A stretch of DNA of 64,000 nucleotides from Tubiluchus corallicola (GCA_030141605.1 JAQGDQ010000749.1:1-64000); one strand, 5' to 3'. Positions 28,028 through 44,447 are shown, counted from the stretch's first letter. The notes: a model not told the origin generated them from the sequence alone. Made by a program: numbers and translations.

Positions 28028-28128
28028 CTGACAATTGCGCGATAGTCCAACATCACCATCCAAAACCACATTTTTGTTTGTATCGAAAATTTTAAAATAG
28101 AGATCACTTCCATCACCAGCACCTAATC
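28028..28128 (-). CDS. TPTE2: VSP/TPTE-like exon (C2 domain)
   Basis: ttgcag|..|gtaaat; GLGAGDGSDLYFKIFDTNKNVVLDGDVGLSRNCQ; 101 nt. Confidence 0.9.
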
Positions 28129-29150
28129 CTGCAAGAAAGGAAAATATACTAGAGATTTGTCAAGGATTAGCCCTACTTAGTGGGTTGTGTATTTGGCATA
28201 TCACCATTGTCATTGCTGTTGTTTCATTATTATCATTGTTTATTGCCATTGTTTCATTACTATCATTGTACTGGAAATCTTGCACTGGCGTGCTTGGCGG
28301 CCTTCGCTTGCTGCGGCTTTGGCCACCTTGTGGCGGTTTTTTGGCCTAAACACGTGATCAATTTGATCTGGGTCAGAGGCCTACGGTGAAGTGAAGACGT
28401 GTCATGAGTTGATAAGATATTGTCGTTATCTGTTTACAATTGTTCATGATTTGGGGCTAATAACGTATGTATATTCTCTAATTACTTTAATAAACTTAAA
28501 TTTAGTTTAAAATAACAGCTAGGTATTAATTAATACGACAGTGCAGTGCATAACTCTTAATTATGTAAGATTGACTTTTGGCTATTATTATTTTTTGTTA
28601 TTTTTGGCACTAATTTCTTATGCTTAGATGGAATGATGTGCTTTGGCAAATAAAGAACAAAGAAAGAGCAAAATTTAATCGAGCTTCGAACTTGGTTCTT
28701 GAAAGCACAAACAATCATCATCATCACCATGATTATCGTTGGCCACATCGTCGTCACCAGAATCATCTACAAAGTTCTGAAAGGGAGTCACTTTTGCAAA
28801 TTTCACTTCACCACCATCTCTTCATTCCATCCATTGATGGAGAGAAATTAACTGATTAAAATTTATGCTCTTTTAATGCGTCGTCCACAAATGAGACTAA
28901 ACCCATTTTTCAGGGTTTGTTGAGAGGAGGTAAATATACTAGATTGAAAGTCATACGAGCTAAAACAGCCTTGGTAATAAATTTAACAGCTGCAACAGCA
29001 ACAGGTGAGAGGCAGGTGTAAGCATTAAATAATCATTGCTTTGTAGATTTCGTAGGATAAAGATAAATTTAGTCTTACTAACTAAACTGTTACCCTGACA
29101 CGTTTAATACGTTCATTACTCTTATACTGCATTTCAGACCTTGTGTGTAA

Positions 29151-29505
29151 CCCTTTCATACCCGTTGTATCCCGTGGGATACGAGAATATTTTATGCCTT
29201 TAAGATTAATAAAATTTTAAAACTGACAGTTATTTGATCTGTTAATAGTTATTTTGATTTAAGCTAATAACAATAGACTAAAAATGGTGATAAAACGGCA
29301 AACTAGAAAATCTACATAGCATAAAAAACTGCACAAGGTACAGTACTTTAGAGACGACTTTGTACAGATCAGCATAGCATGCATACTAAATGTCTTAAAT
29401 ACTTTAAAAAATTATCAGCAGTCGCAAAATGAAGCACATTTTTTGCTTTTCTTGTGTTTTTAAAAAGAAATTTCTTGTTAAAAAAATAATTTGGGACTGA
29501 AACGG
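29151..29505. mobile_element. piggyBac-type MITE family B, copy 2 (inverted, internally deleted)
   Basis: reverse complement of 17979-18437 lacking about 100 bp. Confidence 0.85.
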
Positions 29506-30345
29506 TTAATGAATTCAGATGTTGCAAACGGCGTTCAAAATTTTTTAAACATTCATCCTTAAGGAGTTCAAGCTGTTCTGAGGGCATCATAAGAACGTAT
29601 AAGGATACTTTGATTTGCAGAAAGTTTTTGCGAACTGTACGTTGTAACTGGTAACGCCACCATATTTTTAAACTGTTACATTTTTATAAGAAATATCCGG
29701 GCCAGATTTGATATCGTATATTCTCATACTGTTTAGGAAATAATATCGAAAACGAATTATCCTTCTACCCTTCCTGTGTCATCTAACCTTTCTCTCAGTT
29801 CTTTTTTTTGTTCACTCAACCATTTTTTATCAGGTTCACGTGACAGTGGGATTATACAAGCCTTTGCTTCTCTACCCCACTGCAGTTATTCTTTTATGAT
29901 AATTATAGTGTATGAAGCATAACAATTTAATATAGTAGATGTAATAATTTTGATGTCACTGTATGCTTTATATTGTACTGAATGTGATAATAATAATGAA
30001 TGAAAAAATATGTAAAATGCCCATATTATTACAATGATCTTAGAGGAAAATTATATAATCACATCAATGTAATTATACCAGAATTTTTGCTTATCAGCGA
30101 TACTGGTAAATTTTTATTCTTGTTGAGAAGTAATGATTTAGAAGTAATTAAGGCATTTATTGATTATGTTGAAAAAGCGTTTTTAAGACGTTATACTATA
30201 CTATGTTATAAACATATAATAATTGAAAATGAGGCCTAATGAATGACAATTTATTTTAAATACTAATCATTAAACTTTTCGTTAAATAACTAACAGGAAG
30301 ATTTAACACTATTTGTTTTATTGGTAATTGTTTTGTTTGTATAAT

Positions 30346-31786
30346 TATATTTCATAATTGAAATTGTATGTATGTCTTGTTTTTTGTATATTTCATAATT
30401 GAAATTGTATATATGTCTTGTTTTTTTGTATATTTCAAAATTGAAATTGTATGTATGTCTCGTTTTTTGTATATTTCAAAATTGAAATTGTATATATGTC
30501 TTGTTTTTTGTATATTTCATAATTGAAATTGTATACATGTCTTGTTTTTTGTATATTTCAAAATTGAAATTGTATATATGTCTTGTTTTTTGTATATTTC
30601 AAAATTGAAATTGTATATATGTCTTGTTTTTTGTATATTTCAAAATTGAAATTGTATATGTCTTGTTTTTTGTATATTTCAAAATTGAAATTGTATATAT
30701 GTCGTGTTTTTTGTATATCTCAAAACTGAAATTGTATATATGTCTTGTTTTTTGTATATTTCATAATTGAAATTGTATATATGTCTTGTTTTTTGTATAT
30801 TTCAAAATTGAAATTGTATATATGTCTTGTTGTTTTGTATATTTCATAATTGAAATTGTATACATGTCTTGTTTTTTGTATATTTCAAAATTGAAATTGT
30901 ATATATGTCTTGTTGTTTTGTATATTTCATAATTGAAATTGTATACATGTCTTGTTTTTTGTATATTTCATAATTGAAATTGTATATATGTCTTGTTTTT
31001 TGTATATTTCAAAATTGAAATTGTATATATGTCATGTTTTTTTGTATATTTCAAAATTGAAATTGTATATATGTCATGTTTTTTTGTATATTTCAAAATT
31101 GAAATTGTATATATGTCTTGTTTTTTGTATATTTCAAAATTGAAATTGTATATATGTCATGTTTTTTTGTATATTTCAAAATTGAAATTGTATATATGTC
31201 TTGTTGTTTTGTATATTTCATAATTGAAATTGTATATATGTCTTGTTTTTTTGTATATTTCAAAATTGAAATTGTATATATGTCTTGTTGTTTTGTATAT
31301 TTCATAATTGAAATTGTATATATGTCTTGTTTTTTTGTATATTTCAAAATTGAAATTGTATATATGTCTTGTTGTTTTGTATATTTCATAATTGAAATTG
31401 TATATATGTCTTGTTTTTTTGTATATTTCAAAATTGAAATTGTATATATGTCTTGTTGTTTTGTATATTTCATAATTGAAATTGTATATATGTCTTGTTT
31501 TTTTGTATATTTCAAAATTGAAATTGTATATATGTCTTGTTGTTTTGTATATTTCATAATTGAAATTGTATATATGTCTTGTTTTTTGTATATTTCAAAA
31601 TTGAAATTGTATATATGTCTTGTTTTTTGTATATTTCAAAATTGAAATTGTATATATGTCTTGTTTTTTGTATATTTCAAAATTGAAATTGTATATATGT
31701 CTTGTTTTTTGTATATTTCAAAACTGAAATTGTATATATGTCTTGTTTTTGTATATTTCAAAATTGAAATTGTATGTATGTCTTGT
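30346..31786. repeat. 41-42-bp AT-rich minisatellite, about 35 copies
   Basis: unit tttgtatatttca(a/t)aattgaaattgtatatatgtcttgttt. Confidence 0.97.
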
Positions 31787-32269
31787 AGGTATTTTTGACA
31801 CAAATAAATGAATAAATAAGATATTACGTACACACACACAACAAAAGAAAAATTTCACAAGTTTTTTGTCTGTTTACGTCAGTTACACTGAAACTTATCA
31901 AATCAGATGACTGACTACAGTGTAATTACTGTTTGACTAAATATTTATATCTATCGTGGTTCTTTGTGCAAGATCTTAATCCAGGGCTGGGAGACGTTGA
32001 GTCCCTTGAATAGAAGTGGGCGGGCGTAAGCGACGCGAAGCCGTTTGGAGGGGGCGTCTACGCAACCCAATTAAGCATTAATCATCCATTTATGAAATTT
32101 GGGGCTTAAATTCACAATGAATATTAATTTTCAATGTACGCACAAGCATTATTTCCTATTTTGCGCTTTTGATCTACCGTATTACGAGTTCCACTGAAGC
32201 AGCGTGAGTTTGTGGCTCATACATAACCCACTGACTACAAGACTGGGTGAATGTAAGTTTAATATCTAT

Positions 32270-32684
32270 TAGGGGTGAGCATTCTCTACCAGAAAGCGAA
32301 TTCGAATCGAACCGAATTTGTGACTTTCGAATCGAACCGAACTTCAGTGTTTCGAATTCGAACCGAATTCGAATTGAGATTGAACGATTTTCGAACTAGT
32401 TTTCGAACCACCAGTAAAAAATAGTCTTACAAAGATCATGCATATCACTAGATTTTATTCTGCAATAAAACGACTAGTAATTTGCTTAAAATTCTGCACA
32501 GAAATCACTGCTAAATTATGCTAATTGCATGTTATTTCAATCGTTTTAATGATCAGGAACATATGTGATTGAAGTGCTGAATTATTCGAATCTATAGTTT
32601 TGGATTCGAATCGAGCTCGAACTAAAAAAACTCGTTCGAATTCGATTCGAACGTTCGAACTCGAATGTTCGATGTTCACCCCTA
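32270..32684. mobile_element. hAT MITE rich in TTCGAA/ATCGAA motifs, copy 1
   Basis: TIR taggggtgagcat / atgttcacccta; 8-bp TSD atatctat. Confidence 0.88.
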
Positions 32685-32823
32685 ATATCTATACGTGCCC
32701 TTGTGTGTTCATCGGTTAATCCATGTAATTGAGAATAAAACTTTCTTTTCTATTAGAAGAGACGCCTGATCTCACTGGTAATTGCTTCGGAAGAATAAAA
32801 TTCAATATTGACAGTAGAGGCAC

Positions 32824-33010
32824 CTTGTATGGAATAAAGTACGATGGTTCGTATGACGAGACGTTTCACTGGAGGCAGCTGGTGTGAGAATCGTGTCTTC
32901 ACCACTTCGTAATATCCCACAAATCTGCTCTGACTAGGCGTCTCCACTCCCTGAAATTTGTTTCCCTGACTCAAATCCGTACGACGAAATCCGAAATAAT
33001 CCAGGCTATC
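32824..33010 (-). CDS. TPTE2: VSP/TPTE-like exon (TI/gating loop, start of C2 domain)
   Basis: tttcag|..|gtgcct; DSLDYFGFRRTDLSQGNKFQGVETPSQSRFVGYYEVVKTRFSHQLPPVKRLVIRTIVLYSIQ; 187 nt. Confidence 0.94.
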
Positions 33011-33128
33011 CTGAAATACAAGTCAAAGTTTTTAAATCATCTGACTTTATTTTTAATTTGTCTGAAGGTAGGAAGTAAACTGGGCAAAAGGTGAATGATT
33101 CTGAGTTTATATATATATATATTAATTC

Positions 33129-33540
33129 GGATAAATGGGAGGGTTAGGGTCAGGAAGGGCATCCGCCTGTAAAAACTGCGCCAAAACCTTCTATGAATGA
33201 GTCGGTGAGACTTAAAGGAAAAGTCCACAAAGAAGTGGTCAGACCCGCTCTAATCTATGGGCTGGAAGCAGCTTCTCTAAAGAAGACCGAAGAGAAGAAA
33301 ATGGGTGTGGTGGAGATGAGGATGTTGAGATGGATGGTGGGAATAACAAGAAGAGATAAAATTAGAAATAATAATATCAGAGGAACAGTAAAAGTAGTGG
33401 AAGCCTCGCAAGATTGCGATGGTATGGACACCTGAAAAGAAGAGTCGGTGAAGATCTTGTGGGAAGGGAAGACATAAATGAAGAGATGGTCAACAACAGG
33501 AATGCATGGAGAAGACTCTTTCACAACGGCGACCCCGCAT
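33129..33540 (+). mobile_element. RTE-clade LINE derivative (degenerate ORF2 C-terminus)
   Basis: LKGKVHKEVVRPALIYGLEA..EMRMLRWMVGITRRDKIRN, frameshifted RLRWYGHL, ends ggcgaccccgcat. Confidence 0.85.
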
Positions 33541-34241
33541 ATATATATATTATATATTAATTCTTTATTTGTCATTAAAATGGTTCACTCCTTATAATAA
33601 AATTGAGTAAGCCTCAGCGTAATGTTAAAATAACAACACTGTTCAAGACAAATGCGTCCAGTGCATACTAAAAAAAACTAAAGTGCAAAACTATATACAA
33701 TAAATGAACATATTTACAAACACAATATTAAAATATTTTTACAAAACAATATTACAAAAGTACATTAAATTTTACATGACATATTTTACACTATATATAC
33801 ATTTGACATGACACAATTAACAGAAACATGCTTTACATTACATAAATTTCGCTCATTACATTTACACTATTTATACATTTGACATTACAAAACTAACATA
33901 ACACGTATTACATTACATAATTTTTTAAAAAAAATTCATTTTTAATCGTTTTATGAAGTCAGGGGTGGGGGTAGATGAAATAGTTGGATCAGTGACTTTA
34001 AGCATACTCCAATAATTTGGAAATAATGCCCTAATGATTATTTTTTATACATACAAATTTTTACAAATAACAATTATGACAGTAACGATCTCACTCACAT
34101 TAACTTGGAGTTCAGGATGTTTCCAGAGAAACTATCCCATAATGCCTGGACAGAAGCTGGACAAAAATCTCTAAACTACAGTGGGGCTGGAATTCTCTGT
34201 CTACCGAATTAAGAAGCAATAGCAATATTAGCTTGTTTAAG

Positions 34242-34289
34242 GCGACCCCGCATAGGGAAAAGCTGGGAAGAAGAAGAAGAAGAAGAAGA
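34242..34289 (+). mobile_element. Ultra-short RTE 3'-end insertion
   Basis: gcgaccccgcatagggaaaagctgg(gaa)n flanked by about 21-bp TSD agcaatattagcttgtttaag. Confidence 0.88.
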
Positions 34290-34524
34290 AGCAATATTAG
34301 CTTGTTTAAGGGTCACCTTAAAGCTTTTTATCAAGAGTCTTATTCTAATTAATCATATTGTGCTTTTTGAATTGCGTCTTTTTGAGTTGCTTTTAAAGTT
34401 TGACATGTTTTTGTTCAAAATAATTATAAGTGTTTTTGGTCTTAACCTGAATACTGTTTGCAGATTGTACATCAATTAGGACCTTGTTATAAACAAGCTT
34501 TGCCCATTCAACTTATCCTGAATA

Positions 34525-34818
34525 AAGTTATCTTAGCTTACTTTAAGTTACCTTAGCTTACCTTACTTACCTTACCTTAGCTTACTTACTTACCTTAGCT
34601 TACCTTACTTTAGCTTGCCATACCTTACATTGGCTTACCTTACCTCACTTTAGCTTAGCTTAGCTTACCTTACCTTACCTTACCATAGCTTACCTTACTT
34701 ATCTTAGCTTACCTTACCTTACCTTACCATAGCTTACCTTACTTATCTTACCTTACCTTACTTTAGCTTACCTCACCTCACCTCATCTCATCTCACCTCA
34801 CCTCACCTCACCTCACCT
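34525..34818. repeat. Pentanucleotide (CTTAC/CTTAG/CTCAC)n microsatellite
   Basis: direct inspection. Confidence 0.9.
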
Positions 34819-36008
34819 AATCTTATGTTATGATTAATATTTTTGATATAGTTTTATACCATTTGTGATTTTTTTACGCAAAATTCGTCAAATCTATACA
34901 TGACTGCACAATACGTACTACGCATGTGCAAAAATACTTTAGACGGAGTACCGCAAAGAACCGCGAAGTAGCGAGGGAACACTGTACTCGTGGAGTTGCG
35001 TGACGCTGCTTCCCGGTCCAGTGCCTAAGGACCTGCGAAACAGCGGAAATACCGCGAAAAACGAACCGCGAAACAGCGAGGGAACACTGTACTCGTGGAG
35101 GTGCGTGAGACAACTTCCCGGTCCAGTGCCTAAGGTTAAACTGAGGGGTTAATAGAATTAGTTTTACTATCTGCCGGAAAACAAAACGCTCTTGCACGAA
35201 GCATTTGCCAAAATCTTGCTAAACCATTTCGTTTGCACAAGCAATGCGCGTGTTCATACAATTTCAGACAGCACAATGAAACGGGAAGAGAAAGAGAGAG
35301 AGAGAACAGATTTAAGAAAAGAGCAAACTTGAAATGTACACAAGCAGTTCATTGCAGAGAGAAGAACCACTACCTGTGTGTCAGCGTGAAAGCTTTGTAA
35401 TACAGGTATATAAGAAAAAATCAAGGTAGTGGCCTGACATAACATCTTCATCTAAGATGCTTCATCTCAATTAAATTCTGTTTCGCTGCTTCCGGATAAA
35501 GTCTGCAGCCGAGACACTATTTTCAATGAAAAATGTAGCAGAAACCTTTTAGAGTCTGATCCAATCCTAAATAAATTATGTTTAAACTAAACTAAATTAA
35601 ACCTTTATCGTACTCAGGTGGCCTGAACTATTTTCCAGTTTTTCATGATCGGATATCAATCTTTAATTATTTGATCTCAAAAAATCGAGTAACTCAATTC
35701 TGTAATGATAGAGTAACAACAAAGACAGTTTTTTTTTACTTTATTTCAATATATTATGAAATAGTTTGTAATCGATCCCATCCAGTCTTGTTTCATTCTA
35801 TTTCATGCTCATTCTATTTGTTCTAATCAATCTCTTCTGTGAATTTGGTTTCATTCAATTTCGCTTTATTTTAGTCTGTTTTGTTCTCTCACGTGCTTTC
35901 TCAGCCTGCAAGTTCTGTTCTGTTGTTCTATTCAATTCAATTTAGTTCTATCCTGTTGTATTCTAATTTATCCTGTGCTATTATATCATATCTATCTGTC
36001 TGTCTGTC

Positions 36009-36252
<244 letters not shown>

Positions 36253-36316
36253 TATAAAAGTATATATAAAAGGACAGAATATAAAATAGAATACAACAGG
36301 GTAGAACTAAATTGAA

Positions 36317-36365
<49 letters not shown>

Positions 36366-37499
36366 CATTATAGAATATATATAATTCTATTCAATTTTAT
36401 TCCGTTCTGTCTCATTTCTTTCCATTCCATCACGTACTAGTCTATTTGTAAAGCAGTCATTTCATTTCAATATCTGCGAGTGTAGATTCACAGAACATCA
36501 CGTGACTGCCTGTTTACTACAAGACGTAGTCAGATGAGCTTTTTTCTGGTCTTGATGAATCATTTCCTACATTCTGCTACAGATTAGCTAAGCCAGTGGG
36601 TTGCTTTGCTGTAGACTGATTAATAGACTCAAACATCGCACAGCAATGGGAACTCAAATAAATGGCACAAAGGGGTCCCATCTGGATTCCCGTGTGGACA
36701 TGGTGGGCCCAAGCGCTTTGCCTTGCATAACACTAGACCATGTGTCACCCCAATCGGTAATGAGCAGTGCGCCGCTTGGTAAATTGCGCACGATCCATTG
36801 TTACTGTACTTCCTATACTCTGTAAAACGGTCATCTGCTGCCAAATAGCTACTATAATAGTTTATGGTCTAATTATGAGCCTGAACGGTTTTATTGGTTT
36901 AATGTAGCTATTTCACGCAGGTAGGCAAAGAGGCAACCACACATTTGATTTTGTGAATTTCTCATGAATCAGCAAACCGTGCAGGTAAGAAAACGCTTTG
37001 ATGTTTTAAGTAATGATGCAATAATTTGGTATAAAATTATACAGAAAAAAATTGGTAAAAAACTTCTGGTTGTGCACGAAGGGAGTGGACATAGAATCGT
37101 TACAATTATATATAGGGAACATGGCTTATAAGTTATAAGTTTATTTATTTCCACTTTGCATCTAACAGTTATAATAAAAATACAGATAATTTCACTGAAG
37201 TAAATATTAATATAAATGCAACATTATCCAGAAATTACAAAAGAGATTCTTATGCAGTACATACATGTGCAAATTACATTACAGAATAATTTTGATGCAT
37301 ACAGTTTGAACCTAAAAGCATAGCTTGACAGGCCAAGCTGTACGGGGATCTTAAAGAAGTGATTAATAATTGAAATAATGATAATATATACATAAAAGTG
37401 GGGGGGGAGTAGTGAATGAAAGATGAAATGGAGCGAGAACTAAGAAAAACTAAGAAAAAAATTATGGTATCACTAACCGTGTCATTGTTTAATGTAAAG

Positions 37500-37823
37500 C
37501 AGTGGTTTCCAAACTTTCTCGGACCGTTACCCAAATCGGGAAACCCGGTCGTGTCCATTACCCCCCCCCCCCCCACCTAGTACTACTTCTCCAACTCAAA
37601 AAGTAAACACACGTATATGCCACAAGCAAGCAAAATTATTTATGTTTGCACGTGACATAAATAAATTTCCAGGTGGTGTTGTTGTATTGTTGCCAAAACT
37701 ACGTAAAATGCATTCCGAGCGAAGTTTTAAAAATTTTCAGAGGGGTGCCCGTTACCCCCCCCCCCCCCAAAAAAAAACATATTACCCCCGGGGGGTAATT
37801 TACCCCTACTTTGGGAACCACTG
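37500..37823. mobile_element. hAT (Charlie-like) MITE
   Basis: TIR cagtggtttccaaa / tttgggaaccactg; TSD atgtaaag/atgtagag. Confidence 0.85.
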
Positions 37824-38393
37824 ATGTAGAGGCCTAGTATAAACTCCAAGGCAGGAAATAACTCGTTGGGAAAGCCTTGACGGCCGTTGACGGAGGAGGT
37901 CTTTCCCCACGTTTAGAGGCAAAGCACTCTCTCTAAACTTAATAAAGACACTGCAGGTGTCAGGATAGAAATTCCCATGATTAAATATTGAATTGTAATA
38001 AGTTGTGATGTCTAGTAACACTTATATATTTTCATTTACAGATTGTATGGTATGAAATTATAATGTAAATAAGTACATCATGATGTCTTAACTCATTTGT
38101 TTATTGTTTTTATTTACAAAAATAAGCAGGTGACACGACAATGGACATCAAACATTAATTATATTTTTCGAGAACAAACTTTAGATAAAAAACATTCAGT
38201 CTAAAGCATTAACGAAAAATAAAAACAAATTTTATTCTCGCACGTCGACAAGTGTGCCTATACTCTCTGCAGCGTTTCGCGTAGCCATCTAATTAAATAA
38301 TCACTTTACCAAAATGGGAAATAATTTCAAGTAATTTATGAAGCTTCAAGGTAAATTAAATAATTAAATCTTCTTAGAAACATTGTATAGGCT

Positions 38394-38712
38394 GGGATTG
38401 TGGGATACGTAAGGGATTGTGGGATATGTAACGGATTGTGAGATAAGGGATTGTGGGATACGTAAGGGATTGTGGGATACGTAAGGGATTGTGGGATACG
38501 CAAGGGTTTGTGAGATACGTAAGGGATTGTGGGATACGTAAGGGATTGTGGGATACGTAAGGGATTGTGGGATACGTAAGGGATTGTGGGATACGTAAGG
38601 GATTGTGGTATACGTAAGGGATTGTGGGATACGCAAGGAATTGTGGGATACGTAAGGGATTGTGGGATACGCAAGGGATTGTGAGGCACGTAAGGGATTG
38701 TGGGATACGTAA
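38394..38712. repeat. 19-bp G-rich minisatellite, about 17 copies
   Basis: unit gggattgtgggatacgtaa. Confidence 0.95.
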
Positions 38713-39507
38713 TTACATTTTCTGCTAACTTTCAGTACATCTTGTGTGTAAGACAATAGAAGTAAAATTCGAAATAAATGATGAATACCAGCCAGACTTT
38801 TAAATACAAACACGTATATTGTAAAAAGCGGGTAGCAGCTTGTATGTATAACAAAACTTGTATACGAACGACATCTAGCCACGTGCACAATTAACTGACG
38901 TCATATTACTTTGCGTTATTAAAAAAGTTAATTGTAAATTCGCCGTTACGGCTGAACAATAATGAGTGAAGCGTCACAGAACATAAACACACAGAATTTA
39001 GGAAATGAACTGTTTGCTTTGCAATTATGTTCTTATAATGTAGCAAGTAACATTGAAGAATCTGACTAATTAACGAGGAAATTAAAAGATTGCGTAGAAT
39101 TGGGTCACTAGGGTGAGCCACTCATATTACTTTCACTGTTTTCTCTCCTTACCCTGGAAGAGAAGGGCATTCTTTTCACGCAAGCCCCTAAGATCGTTCC
39201 TCCTCTTTCCTTATCAAAACCCGTGCAAATTGGGGGGGGGGGGGTGATTCATAAACAGTATTACCGAGGATATTATTTCCTTTCCTAAACTGGTAAAACA
39301 GGCATGAAAGAAAAAAATGTTTGAAAAAGCGCTTAATGGGACGCGATCTTTAAGCCCTTCAACGGACGTTATTATGAAATGCGTAATTACGTCGCTCTAT
39401 TGTTTTCATTTCTGATTTGCGAAATTTTTTTAATAACGAAATTGTAGAATGAGTGTGAATGTAAATATGACGCTCTGAGGTGTAATTTAAAATGTTTTCA
39501 TTTGACA

Positions 39508-39932
<425 letters not shown>

Positions 39933-40497
39933 AATACTACGCTCGTATTTATGGCGTTGCAAAAGATTCTGTTAAAGTTTTTGTCATTCCTAGGTCCGCC
40001 ATCATAAGATACACATACACCACAATTGTGGCTGGGTCCGCCATCATAACATACACATACACCACAATTGTGAAACCGAGCAATTTTCTACTTTGCTCTG
40101 TATAATTCTGTTGTTACTACCATTGTGGATTTGCTCCCAGGCATGCATAAACATTTTCCCCTGGTTATGGCTTAACAAAACCATCATTTTCTACCACTCT
40201 GTTATCTTGCACTGACTACGTAGCCAGAAAAAACAGTCTCCGATTCACTCGGCCGCTGCTGCTATTATACGAGTCAGGTAAGTTCAAAGTCTCACAGAAT
40301 TTTCTCACAGGGGTTGTCTCTCACAAGGGGGAGTTTCCCCGTGCATTTGTCAAGAATTTCTTTCTTATCTTGACTTGTCGTTTCGACAAGAATGGGAGTA
40401 GGTATCTTCACAAAGCATCTTGTCTTTGCAAACTGCCAATACGTTTACAGTAAGCTTAGTGTTTAACGAATCCAGTTAAGATTGTAAATGTACGGTT

Positions 40498-40630
<133 letters not shown>

Positions 40631-40946
40631 GTGTGTGTGCGCGCGCGTGCGTGCGTGTGCGTGTGTTTGGGTATACTTCAGTTTATACACAATTAATATG
40701 TAATTACAGCACTACATAATACTAATTTAATACTTGGTTTGGGGTGGCTGATTCGATAACTAATGTCCCTCGCCACCCCTTCCCATTTGTTTGGCTTTTT
40801 GTTTATACCTATTTTTCATTGTATTGTTATTGGGATGAAAAATAAATGATTTTATTTGATTTTATTTGATTTTAAAACTTTCACGTTCGAAATAAACGGC
40901 GCGTCCGCTGTACGCGACGTCAACAAGTCAAAACATTTTCCTAACG

Positions 40947-41233
40947 CAGGTGTGGGGAAAAGTTCTTAAAGACTACCAGGTGTGGGAAAAGTCCTTAAAG
41001 ACTACCAGGTGTGGGAAAAGTCCTTAAAGACTACCAGGTGTGGGAAAAGTCCTTAAAGACTACCAGGTGTGGGAAAAGTCCTTAAAGACTACCAGGTGTG
41101 GGAAAAGTCCTTAAAGACTACCAGGTGTGGGAAAAGTCCTTAAAGACTACCAGGTGTGGGAAAATTTCTTAAAGACTACCAGGTGTGGGAAAAGTTCTTA
41201 AAGACTAGCAGGTGTGGGAAAAGTTCTTAAAGA
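40947..41233. repeat. 29-bp minisatellite, about 10 copies
   Basis: unit caggtgtgggaaaagtccttaaagactac. Confidence 0.95.
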
Positions 41234-41530
41234 CGAACTGTAGAAACTCGCTGTTTTACAATTGCTTCTCAAACAAACTTATTTGACAATTTGACATTTA
41301 CGACAATTTAAGGTGATCTTGCGTGACACTTATAATTGTAAGCTTTCTGAGTTACGAACTATTAAATTTTCATATTTGTATGAAAACTGACAGCACGAGA
41401 CAACGAGAATGAAATTTAGCTGATGTCGTAAAACCATTTTGCAGCTCTGCATCATTAAACACCTTGTATAGCTGTTTCGTTTCTGAGCAATTTTTCTGTC
41501 TCCTAGCAAAACCGTTACGTACCAAAAACG

Positions 41531-43261
<1,731 letters not shown>

Positions 43262-43560
43262 AGTTTCTCTTTCAGTCTCGCCTCCCTTGCAGGGCTCACA
43301 GTACATAATGAATTTCATGCCCCAAATAAAAAGCTTGTCATCAGCTCAATGACAGAGCGTTCTATCCAGTTTTTTGACTGACAGCTAGCGTAAATAAGTT
43401 GCTTGAATAAGTTGCCACAGTTGAATAACTGCTTAACTGAAAGCGGGTATTGTGTTATACACCGGCGTGCTCAGTGAGTTGACGCTTGTGCCTAGGTTAA
43501 CACGTGCACTTGAAATACTCGTGTGAACGGGGCATAATCAACGTTACGTGATGGTTATAC

Positions 43561-43673
43561 AGTGTCTCGTTAATTAAAATTGAAGTGTCTCGTTAATTAA
43601 AATTCAAGTGTCTCGTTAATTAAAATTCAAGTGTCTCGTTAATTAAAATTCAAGTGTCTCGTTAATTAAAATT
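43561..43673. repeat. 23-bp tandem repeat x5
   Basis: agtgtctcgttaattaaaatt(c/g)a. Confidence 0.92.
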
Positions 43674-43947
43674 GTATGTGCAGTTAATTAGCTATGCACG
43701 TGGATGCTTCGCGTTTTTAACTACATTATAGGCAGCTTTTTAACCTATACGTTATGGTAAGCCTATATTATTAATACCCATTTCATTCGATTTTATATTA
43801 TATGCCATGTGTTAACGCTATACTGTTTTCATTATGTGTTAATGCTCCAATGTGTCTTCGTAAGAGAAATTACGGAAGCTTTAACAGATAATCCGGGTTT
43901 TTTCTAAATATGAGTAGGCGTAAGATTTGGAGTTTATAATTGGGGTT

Positions 43948-44447
43948 AAGTTTAGATCAGATAGGGTAAACTGATAATTAGATCTGATCTATGTTAAACT
44001 ACAATTTAGCATAAAGTTTAGATCAGATAGGGTAAACTGATATTTAGATCAGATCTATGTTAAACTACAATTGAGCTTAAAGTTTAGATCAGATAGGGTA
44101 AACTGATATTTAGATTTGATCTATGTTAAACTACAATTTAGCATAAAGTTTAGATCAGATAGGGTAAACTGATAATTAGATCTGATCTATGTTAAACTAC
44201 AATTTAGCATAAAGGTTAGATCAGATAGGGCAAACTGATATTTAGATTTGATCTATGTTAAACTACAATTTAGCATAAAGTTTAGCTCAGATAGGGCAAA
44301 CTGATATTTAGATTTGATCTATGTTAAACTACAATTTAGCATAAAGTTTAGATCAGATAGGGTGAACTGATAATTAGATCTGATCTATGTTAAACTACAA
44401 TTTAGCATAAAGTTTAGATCAGATAGGGTAAACTGATAATTAGATCA
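43948..44447. repeat. 66-bp minisatellite, about 7.5 copies
   Basis: aagtttagatcagatagggtaaactgata(a/t)ttagatctgatctatgttaaactacaatttagcata. Confidence 0.95.

Noticed and set aside
30000-30239. 79-aa ORF
   Set aside because: At most a decayed LINE ORF2 C-terminal scrap (CPYY..DLR); too weak to call
32270-32684. TTCGAA clusters as heat-shock elements
   Set aside because: HSEs need nGAAnnTTCn spacing; these are zero-gap palindromes inside a hAT MITE with TSD
34525-34818. Interstitial (TTAGG)n telomere repeat
   Set aside because: Unit is CTTAC/GTAAG, not CCTAA/TTAGG
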